From contig JBHGNT010000003.1 in NCBI GenBank assembly GCA_043228905.1, positions 3,224,001-3,288,000 of the forward strand: DNA of 64,000 bases, read 5' to 3'. Positions 52,166 to 64,000 of the stretch are shown here, in pieces. The position numbers and the translations under genes were made by a program. A model generated the notes under the pieces. It was not told the DNA's origin, ran no database searches, and saw only the letters and a program-made list of their open reading frames with translations. Within the stretch, counting starts at the first letter, position 1, and each line of letters starts with the position of its first letter. The DNA is from Azolla caroliniana (Eukaryota > Plantae > Polypodiophyta).

Positions 52166-52219
52166 AGGACACCGACTATTACAGGCATGACCATATAATA
52201 TCCCGTGGTGAGAATTTAC

Positions 52220-52609
52220 CGTAGTATTCTATACACGTGGATAAGTGTGAGGGTTAAACGAGAGTGTAAAGAAGGGGAGGATTACTTTTAATCCTCGAAA
52301 TTGAGACAACCCATTAGGCCAAGTGTGAACTTGCCTGGGGGGCCTTAGGTCTGGCTATAAATATGAGGCCTAGCTACCCTCATTTGATCATCTTTTGACT
52401 ACGTCGAGACTCTGTTCTTGTGGTGGGTCAACTCTTGTAGCGAGTGCGCCAACACCAAGCACGACTCGACGCCATGGTGGTGGTATGGGATGCCGATCAA
52501 GGCTCGAGTCCATCTTGATCCCTTCGCTCGAGGGTGGTCGGGTGGATCGACACCCTTTTTTACACTCTTGTTTAACCCTCACACTTATCCAGGTGTATAG
52601 AATACTACA
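52220..52609. mobile_element. 390-bp element with ~57-bp terminal inverted repeats (LTR-like or MITE)
   Basis: 52220-52277 (c)gtagtattctatacacgtggataagtgtgagggttaaacgagagtgtaaa matches the reverse complement of 52552-52609; internal CTATAAAT. Confidence 0.72.
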
Positions 52610-53340
52610 GTGCACCCCAGGGAGATTTACTATAACGTATATAACCCATTCGTAAATAGTCCTTGAGTTGCTTAGATACCTCATCCTCTTCGGATCGACT
52701 TAAGCGATAAGGAGGTATACCTATTGGTGCAACGCCAGGTACAATATCTATACGATGGTTTATATTACGTTTAGGAGGTAATCTGTGTGGTAGTTCACTC
52801 GGAAAAACATCACGAAAATCATTTAAGATTTCATCGAGTTGTTGTTGTTCAAAATATGATAATTGAATCGAGACATTATCGATATTGTAAACGTGAATGT
52901 CCAGATCAAGTATATAGTAAAATAAAAAAGAACAAGACAATTCGAATATTGATGGAGAGGAAACAATAGAAAGAGATTGTTTATTTACACATTGAATAAA
53001 ATGAGTACAATCGTTCAGTACAAAGGTAATTGAATGATGAACCCAATCAATAGATAAAGAAGAGTTTTTATTAAAAAACCAGGGATAACCCAATATTACA
53101 TCAGTGATACAAAGATTCATTACATGGAAGTCTACTTCCTCTATATAAGTATCAATAGAAATTCCTAATGAATGAATCGCCCCGTTGATGTATTGTACTC
53201 TTCAATAAGCCAAGTGCACCGTATAAGTGTGATCACTTATGGTGGGTTGGATTCCCCATATCTAAACCAAATGATCATTCACAAAGTTGTGTGAGCTTCT
53301 CGAATCAAATAAAAATTGTACGGGAGATCCATTGATATAC
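52610..53340 (-). mobile_element. Ty3/Gypsy pol fragment (protease to start of RT)
   Basis: LFDSRSSHNFV (degenerate DSG), DVILGYPW, LPPKRNINHRIDIVPG..PPYRLS..LRMGYIRYSKSPWGA. Confidence 0.88.
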
Positions 53341-53399
53341 CTGTTTGCACATAGTAAATCATTGGGTCCTAATACATAGTGAGGGAAAGAACATTCACA

Positions 53400-55966
53400 A
53401 TTACTTAAATGATGTGTATAGACCTCAAGGACCGGTCTTTCCCCGTTCTCTTACCTCGGGCCTCTATGGCCACACACATGTCCTTCGTTTTGCTTCCGTG
53501 TGTGCCCTTTTTGGCTCGGCACATTGTTCTCCACTTGGGTGTCCTTGGTAATCTTCCATGTTGCTACCCGTACGAGGATTACCCTTGTTTGTTTTGGCCC
53601 GCCTGGCCTCCGCTATCCTCGTGACGCCTTGGTTGCTCGGTGCCTCTGCTGCTACCGCCCTCGTCCCCTCACTGCCACCTTCCTTCTCCTTGGTCTTACG
53701 CTGCCACATTGGCCGAACTGCCGAGGTCTTTGAAACTGGTGTGGAAGATCTCTTTCGGGCCTTCTATCCTGTGAGGCCTACAACCCGTGCACCTTGTGCG
53801 TCCTTCCTTCGTTCTTCCGACCCTACCAGTTGGGTTCGTTTCCGGTTCATGGCCGCATCGCCAACCTTATACCTCTTTCCGCTCCCTTGGCCTCTTTGTC
53901 GGATCTCGTTCACCTACCGCCACCACCCTTCTCTCCGTTCTCATGTCGCCTCTCGGGTCCGGACTGCTGAAGTCTCCGGATTGGCGTGAGGATCGCCGTA
54001 GGATCATACTCGGCCTTTGTCCATAGCCACTTCCGCTCGACGTTGCGGCCCGTGGCTATCCATCCCTTTTGTGCAAGCTTCAACCTTGCTTGCTTTCCCG
54101 AACTGGTGATCGTCGCTTCACTGGCCCCGACCTTGTCCCTGGTCATCCTTTTTCCGCATGTCGAGAGGGTGGCTTGCTCTGCACCCTCTCCCGTGGTACC
54201 GATGTACCGCTCTCCGGCCTTCACATAGGCCCACATCCTCCATCCTCTCCCTTCCGGATCGGTTATCCAGAAGTCTGCATCCCCGGTTCTCGTCTGGATC
54301 CGTTTGTAACTCTCTGCATTGCCGAATCCCATTCTCCTGCCGCCACCATCCTTCTCTCCGGTCTTACGTTGCCACATCGGCCGAACTGCCGGAGTCTTCG
54401 GATTAAGTGTGAGGAGACCCATAGGACCATACTTCCTTTCTCCGCCTCCTCCCGTTTGTAATTCTCTCGGACTCATCGTCGTCGTCCTCCTTGTATTCCC
54501 TCCTCCATCTCCCATCTCTTGCGGTCTCACGTCAGCTCTCGGGCCGGACTGCCGGAGTCTTCAGATTAGATGTGGGGAGACCAATTCTGAATTGACTCTT
54601 GACGACTTGTCTGAAGCCATCGACTCCTTAGTATTGTCGGTGGAAAGCATCCGCCCTATGATCGCACAAGCCCTGCTTGGGCTTGCTTCTCCAATGTCCG
54701 GAGTTTCGGCTCCGATGCCGAACCCATCTGACCCGTTTCGAACCCTCGATCATCTTCTTCCCGAACTCCAACCTTCGCCTTGGTCAGTCTTTCTCCCCAT
54801 GCAAAAGAGGGCAGCTTGTCCCACACCCTGTTCCGTATCGGCATTGTCGTACCTTGCTCGACCTCCGCCCTGACCACGTCCGTCTTGTCCACGTGCCCAA
54901 TTCCTGCTGTGATGCCATGCCGTCGCATGCCACCTCTATTTTTCTTTACTGGCTTGCCATGCTCTATGAGCTCTTCGAGCTCCTTCTTTACACCCTTTCT
55001 GGATTGCCAAGACTTTGGCGTAAACTCATGGGACTTCGTCCCCGTTGAAATGGCCAACTGTGTCGACGACATGCTCATCTTCTCTCCGCGTTGCTTCTCC
55101 CCTCCTCTCTTTGAAGTCTTTGTCTTCCAACCCCATCCTCCGTTGCTGCCTTTCATGTCGGGTTCACCAAAGAGTTTGCGGTTTTCCGCGCGTGCATGTC
55201 GGATTCGAGCGGGACCACCAGGGTCTTGAACTAGGAAGTAAGAGGGGAAGTGGGAGCTTAAGTCTTACGAGCTTCAAGCACAAAAGAGCAAGAACAAGGC
55301 ACGAAGATTGACAAGAGAAAGACCTAGATCGAGACAAGTTTTACCAAACAAATTCCATTACCAAGACACACAATGATTTACAACCACGACCATATACGTC
55401 GGGCTCAAGCATAATTAGACGAAACCTTAACTAGATAGTGAGAGGAAGAACAATAAGTAAACCCTAATCAAGAGAAAAGAAATGATAGAAAGGAACCTCG
55501 AAGCAAAACCCTAAAATGAAATGAGAATGGTTAAAACCCTAATGGTCTACCCCGAAACAACAAAATGGCAACCCCCTCAAAAGTGACCCCTCACTCCCTT
55601 TTATAGTAGTAAGGGGGTGAGACACATTACATAAAGAGGGGTCAAATACCCTTCCTTTAATGGGGAATATCTCCCTTGATCTTAGATTGATGGGCCTTTA
55701 ACTCTCTCCCCTCACACATTCTATGCCACTACCCACTACATTCGTACTCCCTTTTTCTACGTGCGCATGTGCACATAAGTGCACATCACATTTACACTTA
55801 ACGTATTTTTGTAGACCACTTTAACACCTTACACTTTACCCTTCCCTTTTACATTTGTTTATTTATTCCCATGTTACAAATTCCCTAAATACATGTGCAA
55901 TGTTGCACATCCCATTTTATTCGTTCCGCTCGAGTTTTCTCACCATGGCCGAAAATCCTCACGACA
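53400..55966 (-). mobile_element. LTR (starting at 55966, to ~55250) plus GC-rich degenerate internal region, probably Gypsy gag-like
   Basis: Minus strand starts TGTCGTGAGGATTTTCGGCCATGGTGAGAAAAC, homologous to the plus-strand LTR at 58080. TATA present; internal ~70-bp repeats at ~53690 and ~54350; no recognisable domain. Confidence 0.65.
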
Positions 55967-55974
55967 ACGTCTTT

Positions 55975-56713
55975 CAAGTCAGGTTGATTTTCTTGTGCTC
56001 CTTTGATGTAGCTCCAATATCCTTGACCAACAAGGTATTGGTGCATCTTGTACTCCCAAGATGCAAAGTTGTTTCGATCTAGCTTCTCGCAAGGATAGAG
56101 CTCCCCATTTGAGTATTCATTGTCGATGAATATTTCTTTCTTCTTTTCCTTCTCTCTCGAACATGAGCTATGTAGTCATACTACGATGGTGATGAGTCGG
56201 TTCTTCTTGAGTCGTCGGCGTAGACACAACACATGTGGATGGGCTAGATCGAGCTACCAACCTCGCTCTAATACCATGTAAAGAATCGGGTAGGATTCTT
56301 ATGCAGCAGAAGAGATATGTGTTATGTGTGTGTATGTGTGAGAGGAAAACGAAGATAGAAGAGAAATACAAGATAGGTTAGATAGAATGGAAAATAGAAT
56401 ACTCAAGAAGAAGGTGATATTCACAAGTAGAATAGTAATTACAAAATGTAGTATTACAAGGAGTCACAACCGACTTAATATGAAGTAGGAGAAGGGTACT
56501 TTATATAAGGTCACCCTCTCTCTTCATTAACTCTCTACAACTACTCTCTCTTGGGGAATGTGAAAACTCATAGTCATGGGGAACATAGAACTCATTAGTT
56601 ATGTGTCATAGAATATGATTCTATGACTGTCACACATAGTTAATGTGTAGAGAGTAGTGGTGTGACTCTTGACCTTTGAGTGATCATGGATTCTCAAAGG
56701 GTGTGCTCACACA
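55975..56713 (-). mobile_element. Ty1/Copia 5' end: LTR 56277-56713, PBS 56266-56276, gag start (same family as 51492)
   Basis: Minus-strand TGTGTGAGC...CTTTACA + TGGTATTAGAG; KLDRNNFASWEYKMHQYLVGQGYWSYI. Confidence 0.88.
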
Positions 56714-58079
56714 TTGCACTAGGTTGAGCTTGATTCTCAACAATACGCAATGTAGTCATCTTAACTATAGGAGAGAAAATTTGATCAAAGTCAACTCCTT
56801 GTTCTTGCTTGAAACCTTTCGCTACCAAGCGTGCTTTGTACTTTGGGGAAGTTGTATCAGATGTATATTTATACTTGTAGAGCCACTTGCATGGTAATAC
56901 TTTCCTATCCTTTGGCAAAGGTACTAAATCCCAAGTACCATTCTTATGAATATTATCCAATTCACTTTGCATGAAATGCTCCCACTTAGCATTATCATTA
57001 GCCAACATAGATTCTTTATAACAAGAGGCCTGCATATGTTAACATAACATAGTCCATGAACTTAACAGGTGGCCTAGAGATATGAGTGGATTGTCTTGTC
57101 TCACTGGTTGTTGAACCGGAGTCGGAATGTTCTCAGCTTGTACACATGCATCATCATTTTGAACATCCTCAAATGGGTGAACATTTGTAGGATTGTTCAA
57201 CATAGGTGTGGGGTTATTCTTTTGCACACTAATAGAGGCTGTAACATCTTGAAACATTACTTTCCTCACATCCACTTCCTTAATTGGCTGCTTATGCATA
57301 ATATTTTCATTGAAAATGACAACACTAATTCTAACTATACTGCGCGTTTTAGGGTCCCATAAGCAATATCCAAACTAACCCTATATACCATAGTCAAGAC
57401 AAATACTTTTTCTGCTTTTGAAATCTAGTTTCTACCTTAACAATTTTGGAACATGAACATATGCTTCACATCCAAACACTCTAAGATGATCATAGTGAGG
57501 GGTTTTTCCAGTCCACAACTCTTGTGCCACTTTCAAGCCTTTGGTAGTACTAGGTGATAGATTAATCACATGAACAATAATCCGAACTACTTTTGCCCAA
57601 AAACCTTGTGGAAGGTTTGCAACATAAGAACAACTCTGTCCTAGATGGTTCTATTCATCCTTTTTTCTACACCATTTTGTACAGGAGTGTAGGGGGCAAT
57701 ATCCTCTCTACAATTGCTTCTAAACTCGCAAAAAATCCTAAACTCATTAGAGGTATATTCACCTCCATTATTAGAACGTAGAGCCTTAAGCTTTATTCCT
57801 TTTTCAGTCTCAACCGAGCCAAGCCATTTTCTAAAAATGGGGTATACATCACCCTTTCCCTTTAAGGGATACACCCACACTTTTCTTGTGGCAGAATTAA
57901 TAAATGTAACAAAATATAAAGCTCCACCCAATGATCTAGTAGGCATAGGGCCACATACATTTGTATGAACTAGATCCAAGGGTTGAGTAGAAGAATCAGA
58001 ACAAATCTAATGTACACTTCTCTTTGTTTACCATATTCACAATGCTCACAAACTGAAAAATTAGAAAATGATACCACGA
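56714..58079 (-). mobile_element. Ty1/Copia integrase-RT fragment (family of 15580/37220 elements)
   Basis: DLVHTNVCGPMPTRSLGGALYFVTFI, TPVQNGVEKRMNRTI, KYKARLVAKGFKQEQGVDF; cut on both sides by LTRs. Confidence 0.9.
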
Positions 58080-59579
58080 TGTTGTGAGCATTTAAGGCTA
58101 CGGTGAGAAAACCAAGTGGGACGAATAAACTGGGTGTGTGCAACATTGCACATGCACTTAGGAAAACATGTAAATAGGAATAAGAAAAATAAATTAGGAG
58201 AGAAGAAATGCAAGGTGCTAAAAAGGGCACTACAAAGTTCATGAAGTATAAATGTGATGTGATCTTAGGCTCACATGCACACATAGGAAAAGGGGAGTGC
58301 ATGGAAGTAAGGAGTGATAAGTAGAGTGCATGGTGGTGTGTGTGAAAATGAGAGGAGAGGGAATTAAGGCCCAATCAATCTCTCCTCCTAAGATCAAGGA
58401 AAATGTTCCCCCTTGAAAATAGTGGAATATTTGGCCTCTTCTTTTGTAATGAGCCTCACCCCTTTCTACTATAAAAAGGGGAGAGGGGTCACCATTGAGG
58501 CGGGTCGCCCATTCTTCTTCTTCTTCTTCTTCTTAGGGTTTCCACTTTAGTCTTCTTTAACCTATTTCGTTTTAGGGTTTTATTTTAGGTGTTCTTCTTC
58601 GTCATCTCGTGGGTTTGGTTCCTTCTTTTGAATGAAGGTTTACTGTTCCATTTTGGTTCTTCATCTTGTGAGAGTTCCAATTCATGTGGCGGGGGGTTCA
58701 AGAAGGGAGGGTGAAGTGGCACGGGAACAATCCACTATCTTTAGGGTGTGACCAATGGTGGATGTCACGGTCCCAGTGGCCCACTTGACTCACCTTTGTT
58801 GGTTCCCATTTCCTAACTTGTTATATTTAGCCGATTGTTTTGTAATAGCCACCGGATTTGTGGCATGTAAGCTGATTTGTTAAACATTTGTAATCTATAT
58901 ATATCGTGTATATTCCTCTCAAGTTGAATCCCTAGTTGCAGTTAATTGTTTTATTGTACTTGTAATCTTTGTTGGTCGGAAACCCTACCTTCGTCGAAAA
59001 TCGTAGAGTGTAAGACCTCCACCATCCGGTCCCCTAGTTCGTGACCCCCATGGTCCTACCCAAGCCGACACATGCCCACAGAATACTGTGACATCTTTGA
59101 TGAACCCGACGTGAAAGGGCGGCAAGGGAGGATGGAGGTGGATGAAGAAGACTTCGTGGTGAAGGCAAGGTCAACGATGATGATGGATATATGCGGATAC
59201 AAGATGACGAGAAACGGCTTGGAAGCCATCAAGAGTGTGGTCAAAGAAGTTGACTAGTTAACCGGGGGCAGAGTCCCAAAAATTTTAAAGCCTATGATGT
59301 TGGGTTTGATGGAGGAGAAGTATATGTGGCAACAAGGCTGGGTGTTTGCTGGGTGGTGGTGGCTGTATGGACACGAAGAGGACAAAGAGCTTTGAGAATC
59401 TCACGGTTTAGGGTCCTTCGAGGGAGTTCACCAGAGCGACACGGGCACGAGGGATCGAAGGAACGGAGGCTGCATGAGGTCGGCGAAGGGCTACATCGAC
59501 AAGCACCGAAAAAATCTCTATACATGTGTTCCCTAGAGGTTGAGTCTCACTTGCTCAACTCTTGGGGTGGAGTCGAAGA
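58080..59579 (+). mobile_element. LTR + degenerate internal region, relative of the 53400-55966 element
   Basis: Starts TGTTGTGAGCATTTAAGGCTACGGTGAGAAAAC...GTGCAACATTGCACATG; ctataaaa at ~58468; downstream sequence is similar to ~54950-55200 minus. Confidence 0.7.
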
Positions 59580-61670
59580 TGTTGGGAATTCGGTCCCTCT
59601 GGATGGGATCCGGATGAGACTCGGAAACTGGATCAGATGGATTCAGAAGGTATCCGGATGGGATCCGGAAACTGGATCGGATGGATCCGGAAGGCACACC
59701 AGATTCAGGGACATATCGGTAAATATGTTTTCTAATAAGTCTATCATGGCTATATCTATAAATAGTCCTAAAGTCATATATGTATAAATATGACTTAGGG
59801 CAATCATTATATAATGATGATTGATAAGCATTGTTGATATATAGAGGTGTGTGTGAGACAAAGAGATATAGTGAAATATGTTAATGGGAAGGGGGGTGAA
59901 GCCTAGAATGGCTACATCCCCCCACCCCAAGGGGATTACGTGTGAGGAAATGAGAGAGAAATATGAATGACACAAAAAATGAGAGGGAAAAATGTATGTT
60001 CCATTACATACCCCATAAAGGGTTTATATAGTACATCGTATAATGGCTAATAATATGACTGTTACAAAAAGAAGACCCTTACATGCTTGTCACATGCGCA
60101 TAATTGCGCATGTGTTTACACAAATATTTATCCTCATCCACACTTGTACATTACACAAACCAAACAACCCCTTTAACATGTTTTACCCATATAGCACCCC
60201 GTATAATTCCTACGGGTAACAAGATATAGAAAGTTGTTTTCTATTGTAACCGCTTGTTGGCGAAGGAAGATCTCGAGGTCATTGCCTCAGAGATCTTCAT
60301 TGTTGTAACCTTATATTCTCATAGTATAGTTCAAAGTCTGTGAGCTCCCTTGGTTTTTCCCGATTAGGGTTTTCCACATTAACATACTGTGTCGTCTTGT
60401 ATCTGTGAAAGTGCATCTATTTGTATTTCTGTTTTGTTTCTTCCGTTGTGTGTTATAAGACTTTGTTTTGGCTGAGCACTTTTCCGTACAAACTAGTATC
60501 AGAGCAAACAACAAAGGAAATGGAAGATTCATTCGGCGGCATGTTCAAGCTCTCCGGCTCCAATTATCCAATATGGAAGTCGAAGATGAGGGACATGTTG
60601 GTGGTTAAAGATCTTTGGCTGTCGGTACAGTTTGGGGACAAGAAACTGGACAAGATCGATGCCACGACATGGGAGGTCATGCACATGAAGACGATGACAT
60701 ACATATGATGCTTCATTGACATGAGCTTGTACAACAACTTCAACGAAGAAAGCAAGGCTCATGAACTCTGGGAGAAGATAGGCATCATGTTCCAGAATAA
60801 GAATCTATAAACTGAGTCTCAATTTTTCGGAAGCTAGTGAGACTCAGATATCAAGACGGCTCCAGTATGGTGGAGCACATGAATCCCTTCCATGGTTTCA
60901 TAAATCAAGCCACCTCAGTGGAAGTACCTTTGGCCGATGAGGTACTTGTGTTGCTATTGCTTGGTTCCCTCCCCGATAGTTGGGAGATGTTAGTTGTCAC
61001 TTTGGGCAACGCCGGGCCAGAGGGTAAATAGTTATCCCTAGCAAGAGTAAAGTCAAGCTTGCTAGATGAAGAGGCATGTCGGAAAGACAAGGAAGTGATC
61101 TCTGACATAAAGCCTTGCTTATCGAATTCGACGCACAACGAGGAAGAGGCCGGAACCAGAGTCCCTAGAATCGGGACAAATAAGGGACAAGGTTGAAGTT
61201 AAGGGGAAGGCCCATGTGCTTTTATTGTGGAAAGCTAGGGCACCTCCAAAAGAATAGCCGAAACTTCTAGAAAGACAAGGGAGTCGACAACACTGATTAG
61301 ATGAAGAGTTCGGACCAGAACGGTTTAGATCGGAAGAACCCGGATCGAAAAGGGATGCCGACAGTCACAACAAGTGAAGAAGAACTATTGCTAATCACTG
61401 AAGAAAGTGAGCTGCACCTTGTCAGTGACAAGACGACATGGGTGGTTGACTCCGGAGCGTCGTTCCACCTAATTCCCGACTAGAAGTGCTTCTCATCGTG
61501 CACTGCTAGAGATCACGATTGTGTCCAAATGGGGAATGAAGGTACATGCCGAATTTTCGAAATAGGAGATGTGTGTCTGTCAACGTCAATTGGATGCAAG
61601 TTGCTGTTGACAGATGTCTGACATGTTCCGGAGGTTTAGTTGAACCTGATATCAGTCGGTCGACTAGATG
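59580..61670 (+). mobile_element. Ty1/Copia (Tnt1-like): 5' LTR 59580-60490, PBS 60494-60505, degenerate gag-protease
   Basis: TGTTGGG...GTACA; TAGTATCAGAGC; MEDSFGGMFKLSGSNYPIWKSKM, LLLLGSLPDSWE, CFYCGKLGH, WVVDSGASFH, LNLISVGRLD. Confidence 0.9.
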
Positions 61671-62021
61671 TGTCAAGACTGAGAGAGAGAAAGAGAGAGA
61701 AAAAGAGATAGAGAGATAATTGAAAGAGAATTATTATATTGAAGCGTAAAATGGATTACAAAGAGTAGGCTACAAAATGGCATTGAACCAATTTAGGTTT
61801 GGGATGGGTGGTAGATCCCTATTTATAAGTAATAGAGAACACTCTAGAATATTCTAGGTTATCCTAGAATGTAGAGTAATCTAGAAGATCTCTAGAGTAT
61901 TCTAGAAGGTTCTAGTGGTATAGAACACTCTAGAATATTCTAGGTCATTCTAGAATGTAGAGTAATATAGAATATTCCTATGATATTAGATTTCATATTC
62001 TAGAGACTATACATATAAGAA

Positions 62022-62088
62022 TATTAATACAATGGTTAAGGATTTGACATGTGTACAACAAGGTCGTGGGTTCAAATCCTTTCGAGTC
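62022..62088 (+). other. tRNA-derived sequence (degenerate A box, B box) in chromovirus LTR
   Basis: taatacaatggttaagg (62025-62041) and aggtcgtgGGTTCAAATCC (B box 62069-62079). Confidence 0.65.
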
Positions 62089-62121
62089 ATAATGTGAGTG
62101 TCATGCATGATGTGACTGTTA

Positions 62122-63231
62122 TCATGACACTATCCCCCTTCTTCGACGACACGTCTCACGGGTCGTAGTGTTTGTATTAGGACTTGGTTTACAAGGATAT
62201 TGGCGATGAAATGCATTGACGAATTCTGCAGCATTGGAAAGATTTGTGGCAGGTTCCCAAGTTCGATCATTGGGGGTATAGCCTAGCCAATCGACTAAGT
62301 AATACAGCTTGTTGCGCACGATTTTAGAATCGAGAAGGGCAACAACTTCAAATTCAGGCCCGTCCAAGAACTCGACAGGTGGTGGGGGTGTCGTAAGACG
62401 GCCCGGAATTGAACTTGTAGTATAAGGTTCTAAAAGGGATACATGAAACACCGGATGAAGATGCATGTGCGGAGGGAGGTCAAGACGAAATGCAACATCA
62501 CTTATCTTACCAGTGATCATGTAAGGGCCAAAACGTTGGTAATCCAATTTACTGCAAGGTTGAGTGGTCTTGATGTTGTGTTGGAGAAGCCCTACATGAT
62601 CCCCAATGCGGAACTTTTTTGAGGAGTCTAGACGATGACGATCGGCAAGCCTCTTGTGTGTAAATTGAGCATCGTGAAAATTGTGGAGAATGTTAGCTTG
62701 AATTTCTTGGAGGCGACTAAGACGATCCTCGGCAGCAGGGTTGGTAGGAACTTCTGGATGCGCATTCATCGTCCACCGAGGATGACAGCCCGTATTTGCG
62801 AAAAATGGGGAATATCCTGTAGAAGAATGGGCTGAGTTGTTGTAAGCGAATTCCGCCAAGTGCAAAAAAGCAACCCAATCATCTTGTTGATAGTTGATGA
62901 AACAACGAAGATATTGTTCCAATGTCTGGTTGGTACGCTCTGTTTGGCCATTTGTTTCAGGATGATAGCCCGAAGAAAGCTTAACTGAAATGTGGAGAAG
63001 TTTGAACAGGTGCTTCCAAAACTTTGAGATGAATTGTGGACCACGATCACTAATAATATCATTCGACAGACCATGATGCTTAAATACCTCGCGCATAACG
63101 AGATCAGCCGTCTCTTGACTAGTAATCGACTTTGTACATGGCAAGAAATGTGCCATTTTGGTAAATCCATCAACCACTGTGAGAATTGCATCAAAAACTT
63201 TTGAAACTGGGAGATCAGTAATGAAGTCCAA
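62122..63231 (-). CDS. Gypsy integrase core + GPY/F + chromodomain (part of disrupted pol)
   Basis: GPYMI..HPVFHVSLL; EFEVVALLDSKIVRNKLYYLVDWLGYTPNDRTWEP. Confidence 0.9.
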   Translation of the reverse strand: MDFITDLPVSKVFDAILTVVDGFTKMAHFLPCTKSITSQETADLVMREVFKHHGLSNDIISDRGPQFISKFWKHLFKLLHISVKLSSGYHPETNGQTERTNQTLEQYLRCFINYQQDDWVAFLHLAEFAYNNSAHSSTGYSPFFANTGCHPRWTMNAHPEVPTNPAAEDRLSRLQEIQANILHNFHDAQFTHKRLADRHRLDSSKKFRIGDHVGLLQHNIKTTQPCSKLDYQRFGPYMITGKISDVAFRLDLPPHMHLHPVFHVSLLEPYTTSSIPGRLTTPPPPVEFLDGPEFEVVALLDSKIVRNKLYYLVDWLGYTPNDRTWEPATNLSNAAEFVNAFHRQYPCKPSPNTNTTTRETCRRRRGIVS

Positions 63232-64000
63232 GGAGATAGACTTCCAAGGTGTTTCCGGAATGGGAAGTGGTTGTAGTAAGCCATAGGGTCGGTGATGAGG
63301 ATTCTTTGATCGACAACATATATCACAACTCCGAACATACTCCTCAACAAAATGACGAAGGTGAGGCCACTAATAGCGTCGAGAAATTAATTCTAGAGTC
63401 TTGTGAACTCCAAAATGACCAGCCATTGGTGAGTCATGGCAATGTTGCAAAACTTGTAGCTGTGGGCGACCATCAGGAACATACAATAAATTTTTTCGAA
63501 ATAGAAAACCATCATGCCAATAGAACTGACAATAGTCATTACGAGGATTTTTCGACTGTGAGCAAGAAGCACGATCCGGGACGATATGATCCAAAACATC
63601 CTTGGCGAAATCATCAGTGGCCATATGATCTCAAATGGAATCAAGAAGAGTGGAATTTTCAAGAGTTGTTATGGCGTTAACTACCATTAATCGTAATCGA
63701 TTAGAACCCAAAAGGATTTGTTTTTGATGCTCAAATGCAGGTTCCCCTGGACGAAGTTCCATATAAGAGCGCCGAGAAAGAGCATCTGCTTTGCCTTGCT
63801 GCATCCCAGGGCGATATATGATGATAAAGTCGAAGTGAGTCAAAAATTGCGCCCATCGGGCTTGTCGCCGACTGAAGACTCGAGTATTTTGGAAATAAGT
63901 CAGGTTCTTATGATCATTGTAGACAATGATCTGCTGAGAAGAACCTTCTAGGAAATGTCGCCATTGTTGAAACGAATCCACGATTGCAAGAAGCTCTTTG

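Larger units (their letters stand above)
61671..64000 (-). mobile_element. Ty3/Gypsy chromovirus (Tcn1-like): RNaseH, integrase, chromodomain, PPT, 3' LTR 61671-62129; continues beyond window
   Basis: DHKNLTYF, RRQARWAQFL, KADALSRR, HDSPMAGHFG, DFITDLP, SDRGPQF, GQTERTNQ; PPT AAGGGGGATAG; LTR TGTCA...TGACA. Confidence 0.95.

Noticed and set aside
53409-55311. Dense overlapping ORFs on both strands as genes
   Set aside because: Expected from high GC content in TE-internal sequence; no domain recognised.
60311-60532. Signal-peptide-like small ORF (MNLPFPLLFALILVCTEKC..) as a secreted ligand partner for DUF247
   Set aside because: It is antisense to a Copia LTR/PBS/gag start. I found no credible small secreted-peptide gene in the window, though spliced ones could be missed.

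Overview
AT-rich eukaryotic (land plant) nuclear DNA; no prokaryotic genes, CRISPR arrays or intact rRNA/tRNA genes. The first ~50 kb is a tandem array of intronless, minus-strand DUF247 (PF03140/UPF0481-type) genes: two apparently intact ORFs (5882-7252, 44969-46498), one full-length frame broken by a single in-frame TGA (30111-31607), about seven truncated or frameshifted copies, and several smaller fragments. Most copies are followed at their 3' end by an array of a ~136-bp tandem repeat. The array contains a collinear ~20-26 kb segmental duplication whose flanks are nearly identical while the DUF247 genes in equivalent positions are highly divergent. Interspersed are Ty1/Copia remnants, two solo LTRs, a Mutator-type MITE with a 9-bp TSD and a 5S rRNA-derived (Cassandra-like) insert. 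From ~51.5 kb to the end is a nest of Copia and Gypsy elements, ending in a chromodomain-bearing Gypsy. Two LTRs carry antisense tRNA-like Pol III A/B boxes. The retroelement types suggest a seed-free plant such as a fern (inference only). All alignments and identities were judged by eye.
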